From an uncultured Ectothiorhodospiraceae bacterium (GTDB lineage Bacteria > Pseudomonadota > Gammaproteobacteria > JAABTG01), in contig CALMKJ010000025.1 of the NCBI GenBank assembly GCA_937867305.1, forward strand, positions 137,774 through 201,773: a stretch of DNA of 64,000 bases, given 5' to 3'. Below the pieces are notes generated by a model, which worked only from the letters and a program-made list of their open reading frames with translations, made no database searches and was not told where the DNA came from. Positions 59,570 to 64,000 of the stretch are shown here, in pieces; within the stretch, counting starts at the first letter, position 1; the number at the start of each line of letters is the position of its first letter. The translations under genes were made by a program, and so were the position numbers.

Positions 59570-60388
59570 GTGAGCGAAAGAGAACGAACCCAGAACCTGG
59601 CCCTCTTCTGCGACTTCGAGAACGTGGCCCTCGGTGTGCGTGATGCCAAGTACGCCAAGTTCGACATGCAGAAGGTGCTCGAGCGCCTGCTCCTGAAGGG
59701 CAGCATCGTCGTGAAGAAGGCCTACTGCGACTGGGAGCGGTACAAGGAGTTCAAGGCCTCGATGCACGAGGCCTCCTTCGAGCTGATCGAGATCCCGCAC
59801 GTGCGCATGTCGGGCAAGAACTCCGCCGACATCCGGCTCGTGGTGGACGCGCTCGACCTCTGCTACACGAAGTCCCACGTCGACACGTTCGTGATCATCA
59901 GCGGGGATTCGGATTTCTCGCCCCTCGTGAGCAAGCTGCGGGAGAACAACAAGGCCGTCATCGGTGTGGGGGTGAAGAAGTCGACCTCCGACCTGCTCAT
60001 CGCCAACTGCGACGAGTTCATCTACTACGACGACCTGGTGCGCGAGAGCGAGAAGCAGCGCAGGACACGCAAGAGACCCCCGGCGAAGGCCGTGCCCACC
60101 GAGGCGGCCCCGGTCCCCAGCGAGGAGGACAAGCAGCAACAGGCGCTCGACCTGGTCATGGAGATCGTCGAGTCGCTCTTCGAGGAGAGGGGAGACGAGG
60201 AGAAGGTCTGGGGCTCCATGGTCAAGCAGACCCTCAAGCGCCGGCGGCCGGGGTTCAACGAGGCCTATCACGGCTTCCGGACTTTCGGCAAGCTGCTGGA
60301 GGAGGCCCAGGCGCGGGGTCTGCTCGGCCTCGAGCTCGACGAGAAGTCCGGGGGCTACATCATCCGGCGCCCCAGTCAGGGCGACTGA
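59570..60388 (+). CDS. NYN (LabA-like PIN-fold) domain protein with C-terminal OST-HTH/LOTUS domain
   Basis: 'LALFCDFENVALG...VVKKAYCDW', 'FVIISGDSDFSPLVSKLRENNKAVIGVG'. C-terminal 'VWGSMVKQTLKRRRPGFNEAYHGFRTFGKLLEEAQ'. GTG 59570. Confidence 0.8.
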   Translation: MSERERTQNLALFCDFENVALGVRDAKYAKFDMQKVLERLLLKGSIVVKKAYCDWERYKEFKASMHEASFELIEIPHVRMSGKNSADIRLVVDALDLCYTKSHVDTFVIISGDSDFSPLVSKLRENNKAVIGVGVKKSTSDLLIANCDEFIYYDDLVRESEKQRRTRKRPPAKAVPTEAAPVPSEEDKQQQALDLVMEIVESLFEERGDEEKVWGSMVKQTLKRRRPGFNEAYHGFRTFGKLLEEAQARGLLGLELDEKSGGYIIRRPSQGD

Positions 60389-60429
60389 CGTATAATCCGG
60401 GTCTGGGCCGCCCGCGACCGCGATCCCCT

Positions 60430-60514
60430 GCGAAAGTGGCGGAATCGGTAGACGCGCTGGATTTAGGTTCCAGTGGGGCAACCCGTGAGAGTTCGAGTCT
60501 CTCCTTTCGCACCA
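60430..60514 (+). tRNA. tRNA-Leu (anticodon TAG)
   Basis: GCGAAAGTGGCGGAATCGGTAGACGCGCTGGATTTAGGTTCCAG... Long variable arm. Acceptor GCGAAAG/CTTTCGC, anticodon loop TTTAGGT, encoded CCA. 85 nt. Confidence 0.93.
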
Positions 60515-60690
60515 AGCTCCTGCCCCTGGTGCGTCCGGGGCGGGCGGTCCGCGCCCTGGCGCGCGCGGGTTGGCGGCTCTCCGGTTACCATCCCTCCCCA
60601 GGGTTGAAGGGCCCCGGGAACGGGGCGAATCTCGCGGGGCGCGGGGGCGCCCTGCGTCCAGTCACGTGGAAGTGTCTCTGAGGTAGCGAC

Positions 60691-62010
60691 ATGCAGGTCA
60701 CAGTGGAAGCGACGGGAAGCCTAGAGCGGCGGATGACGGTCCAGGTGCCGGAGGAGCGGATTGCCTCGGAGGTGGAGAGCCGGTTGCGAAGACTGGGCAA
60801 GACGGCCCGGATCCACGGCTTCCGGCCGGGCAAGGCGCCACCGCAGGTCGTGCAGCGCAGCTACGGGCGGCAGGTTCGGGACGAGGTCGTGGGGGAGGTC
60901 CTGCGCTCGAGCTTCGCCGACGCCGTTGCCCAGAACTCCCTGGCGCCCGCCGGCGGGCCGACCATCCGCGAGCTCACCGCCGCGCCCGGGCAGGGACTCT
61001 CGTACACCGCGGTGTTCGAGGTGTACCCGAAGCTGAGCTTGCCGGACCTGAAGGAGCTCAAGGTCAGCCGTCCCGTTGCCGAGGTAATGGAGCAGGACGT
61101 GGACCAGATGATCCTGACCCTGCGCCGGCAGCGCCAGACCTGGCAAGTGGTCGACCGCGGGGCCCGGACGGGCGACCGCGTGGTGCTGGACTACGAGGGC
61201 TCGGTGGGCGGGGAGCCTCTGGAGGGCAACACGGGCAAGCAGGTGCCCGTGGAGCTGGGCACCCACCGGCTGGTGGGGGAGCTCGAGGAGCGCCTGGTCG
61301 GGATCCGGGCGGGCGAGGAGCGAGAGGTCACCGTGGACTTTCCGGCCGACCATCGCAACGCCTCTGCGGCCGGCAAGGCGGTGACCTTCAAGATCACCGC
61401 ACACCGGGTCGAGGAGCCCCATCTGCCGGAGATGGACGAGGGCTTCTTCGCCAGCTTCGGGGTCGCCGAGGGGGGTGAGGCCGGCCTGCGCCGCGAGGTG
61501 CGGGAAAACATGGAGCGCGAGCTGCGCGAGAACCTCCAGGGCCGGGTCAAGACTGCGGTCATGGACGGCCTGCTGGCCGCCATTCCGCTGGATGTCCCCA
61601 GGACGCTGGTGGACTCCGAGGCCCAGGCCCTTCGGCGCCAGGCCCAGGAAGGGCTGGTTCAGGGCCGCAGCGGGGCGGCGGCCCTGGAACTGCCGCTGAC
61701 GTTGTTCGAGGACCAGGCGAGACGGCGGGTCGCGCTCGGCATGATCCTGTCGGAGGTCGTGCGTGCGAACCAGCTCAAGGTCGACCCCGAGCGGGTTCGC
61801 GCCCGGGTCGCGTCCATTGCCTCGACCTACCAGGAGCCCGAGGAAGTGGTGCGGTGGTATTATTCCGACAAGCGCCGTCTGGCCGACGCAGAGAACGTCG
61901 TGCTGGAGGACCAGGTGGTCGACTGGATCCTCGAGCGGGCACAGGTCACGGATTCGCCCACGACGTTTGACGCCGTGATGAAGCCTGGGCAGACTCCCGG
62001 CGGAGGCTGA
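60691..62010 (+). CDS. tig: Trigger factor
   Basis: '[20 protein letters not shown]', ribosome-binding 'GFRPGKAP', FKBP-like middle domain. tig-clpP-clpX order. Confidence 0.95.
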   Translation: MQVTVEATGSLERRMTVQVPEERIASEVESRLRRLGKTARIHGFRPGKAPPQVVQRSYGRQVRDEVVGEVLRSSFADAVAQNSLAPAGGPTIRELTAAPGQGLSYTAVFEVYPKLSLPDLKELKVSRPVAEVMEQDVDQMILTLRRQRQTWQVVDRGARTGDRVVLDYEGSVGGEPLEGNTGKQVPVELGTHRLVGELEERLVGIRAGEEREVTVDFPADHRNASAAGKAVTFKITAHRVEEPHLPEMDEGFFASFGVAEGGEAGLRREVRENMERELRENLQGRVKTAVMDGLLAAIPLDVPRTLVDSEAQALRRQAQEGLVQGRSGAAALELPLTLFEDQARRRVALGMILSEVVRANQLKVDPERVRARVASIASTYQEPEEVVRWYYSDKRRLADAENVVLEDQVVDWILERAQVTDSPTTFDAVMKPGQTPGGG

Positions 62011-62017
62011 ACGCGAA

Positions 62018-62659
62018 ATGCCACACTTTGGTGACCGCGCCAGCGGTCCGGAAGAGCGGGCGCTGAACCTCGTCCCGATCGTCGTCGAGCAGTCGGCGCG
62101 GGGCGAGCGTGCCTACGACATCTACTCCCGCCTCCTCAAGGAGCGCGTGGTCTTCCTGGTCGGGCCCGTGGAAGACCACGTGGCGAACGTGATCATCGCC
62201 CAACTCCTGTTCCTGGAGTCGGACAATCCGGACAAGGACATCCACCTCTACATCAACTCCCCCGGCGGGCTGGTGAGTGCGGGTCTCGCGATCTACGACA
62301 CCATGCAGTTCATCAAGCCGGACGTGAGCACGATGTGCGTCGGGCAGGCGGCCAGCATGGGCGCGCTGCTCCTGGCGGGTGGCGCCAAGGGAAAGCGCTA
62401 CGCGCTGCCGCACTCGAGGATCATGATTCACCAGCCGCTCGGTGGTTTTCAGGGCCAGGCGACGGACGTCGACATTCACGCGCGGGAGATCCTCAAGACC
62501 CGCGAGCGCCTGAACGAGATCCTTTCCCGTCACACGGGCCAGCCCCTGGAGCGGATTCGGCAGGACACCGACCGCGACTTCTTCATGGGTGGAACCGAGG
62601 CGGTGGAGTACGGTCTCATCGACGGGGTCCTGAGTCGGCGTGAGTCACCGGTGAAGTAG
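62018..62659 (+). CDS. clpP: ATP-dependent Clp protease proteolytic subunit
   Basis: '[29 protein letters not shown]', catalytic Ser in '[11 protein letters not shown]', His in 'IMIHQP'. Confidence 0.96.
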   Translation: MPHFGDRASGPEERALNLVPIVVEQSARGERAYDIYSRLLKERVVFLVGPVEDHVANVIIAQLLFLESDNPDKDIHLYINSPGGLVSAGLAIYDTMQFIKPDVSTMCVGQAASMGALLLAGGAKGKRYALPHSRIMIHQPLGGFQGQATDVDIHAREILKTRERLNEILSRHTGQPLERIRQDTDRDFFMGGTEAVEYGLIDGVLSRRESPVK

Positions 62660-62711
62660 GGCAGCCAGGATGCGCGGGTTCGGTCGCCGACGTCTGGAAG
62701 CGAGGTAGCGT

Positions 62712-63995
<1,284 letters not shown>

Positions 63996-64000
63996 GAGGC

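Overview
This is a high-GC, almost fully coding chromosomal segment (roughly two-thirds G+C by eye, not computed). It looks gammaproteobacterial. Most of it is housekeeping synteny. The blocks are: a CBS/CorC gene, an ffs (SRP RNA) gene the ORF track cannot show, then dnaX-ybaB-recR; orn; nnr-tsaE-amiB; hflD-mnmA-yhdP-rng on the minus strand; relA; a pyruvate:ferredoxin oxidoreductase; ispB and tRNA-Pro; rplU-rpmA-obg-proB; rpsT; murJ-ribF-ileS-lspA-fkpB-ispH; tRNA-Leu-tig-clpP-clpX. From memory, the order ispB ... ispH followed by pilE-pilY1-pilX-pilW-pilV-fimU matches the P. aeruginosa PAO1 locus. The accessory-looking part runs from about 39.8 to 52 kb. It holds the type IVa minor-pilin operon, a tRNA-Thr, an ORFan, and a three-lipoprotein CsgG-like/DUF4810/DUF799 operon. 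Its codon third positions look more A/T-rich than the flanks. The best second-look candidates are: (1) a 1,659-aa PilY1 whose vWA domain is split by three tandem copies of a ~140-170-aa module; (2) a sigma-54 activator with a Cys/His-rich PAS sensor, divergent from a near-consensus -24/-12 promoter driving an 83-aa membrane protein with six Cys clustered from the end of TM2 into its tail; (3) the uncharacterised three-lipoprotein operon; (4) a 15-Cys, Trp/Gly/His-rich lipoprotein among nuclease genes. I saw no CRISPR array, transposase, integrase or rRNA. The many long antisense ORFs in the track are treated as GC-driven shadow frames. All calls rest on reading the sequence and recalling family motifs; no searches were run.
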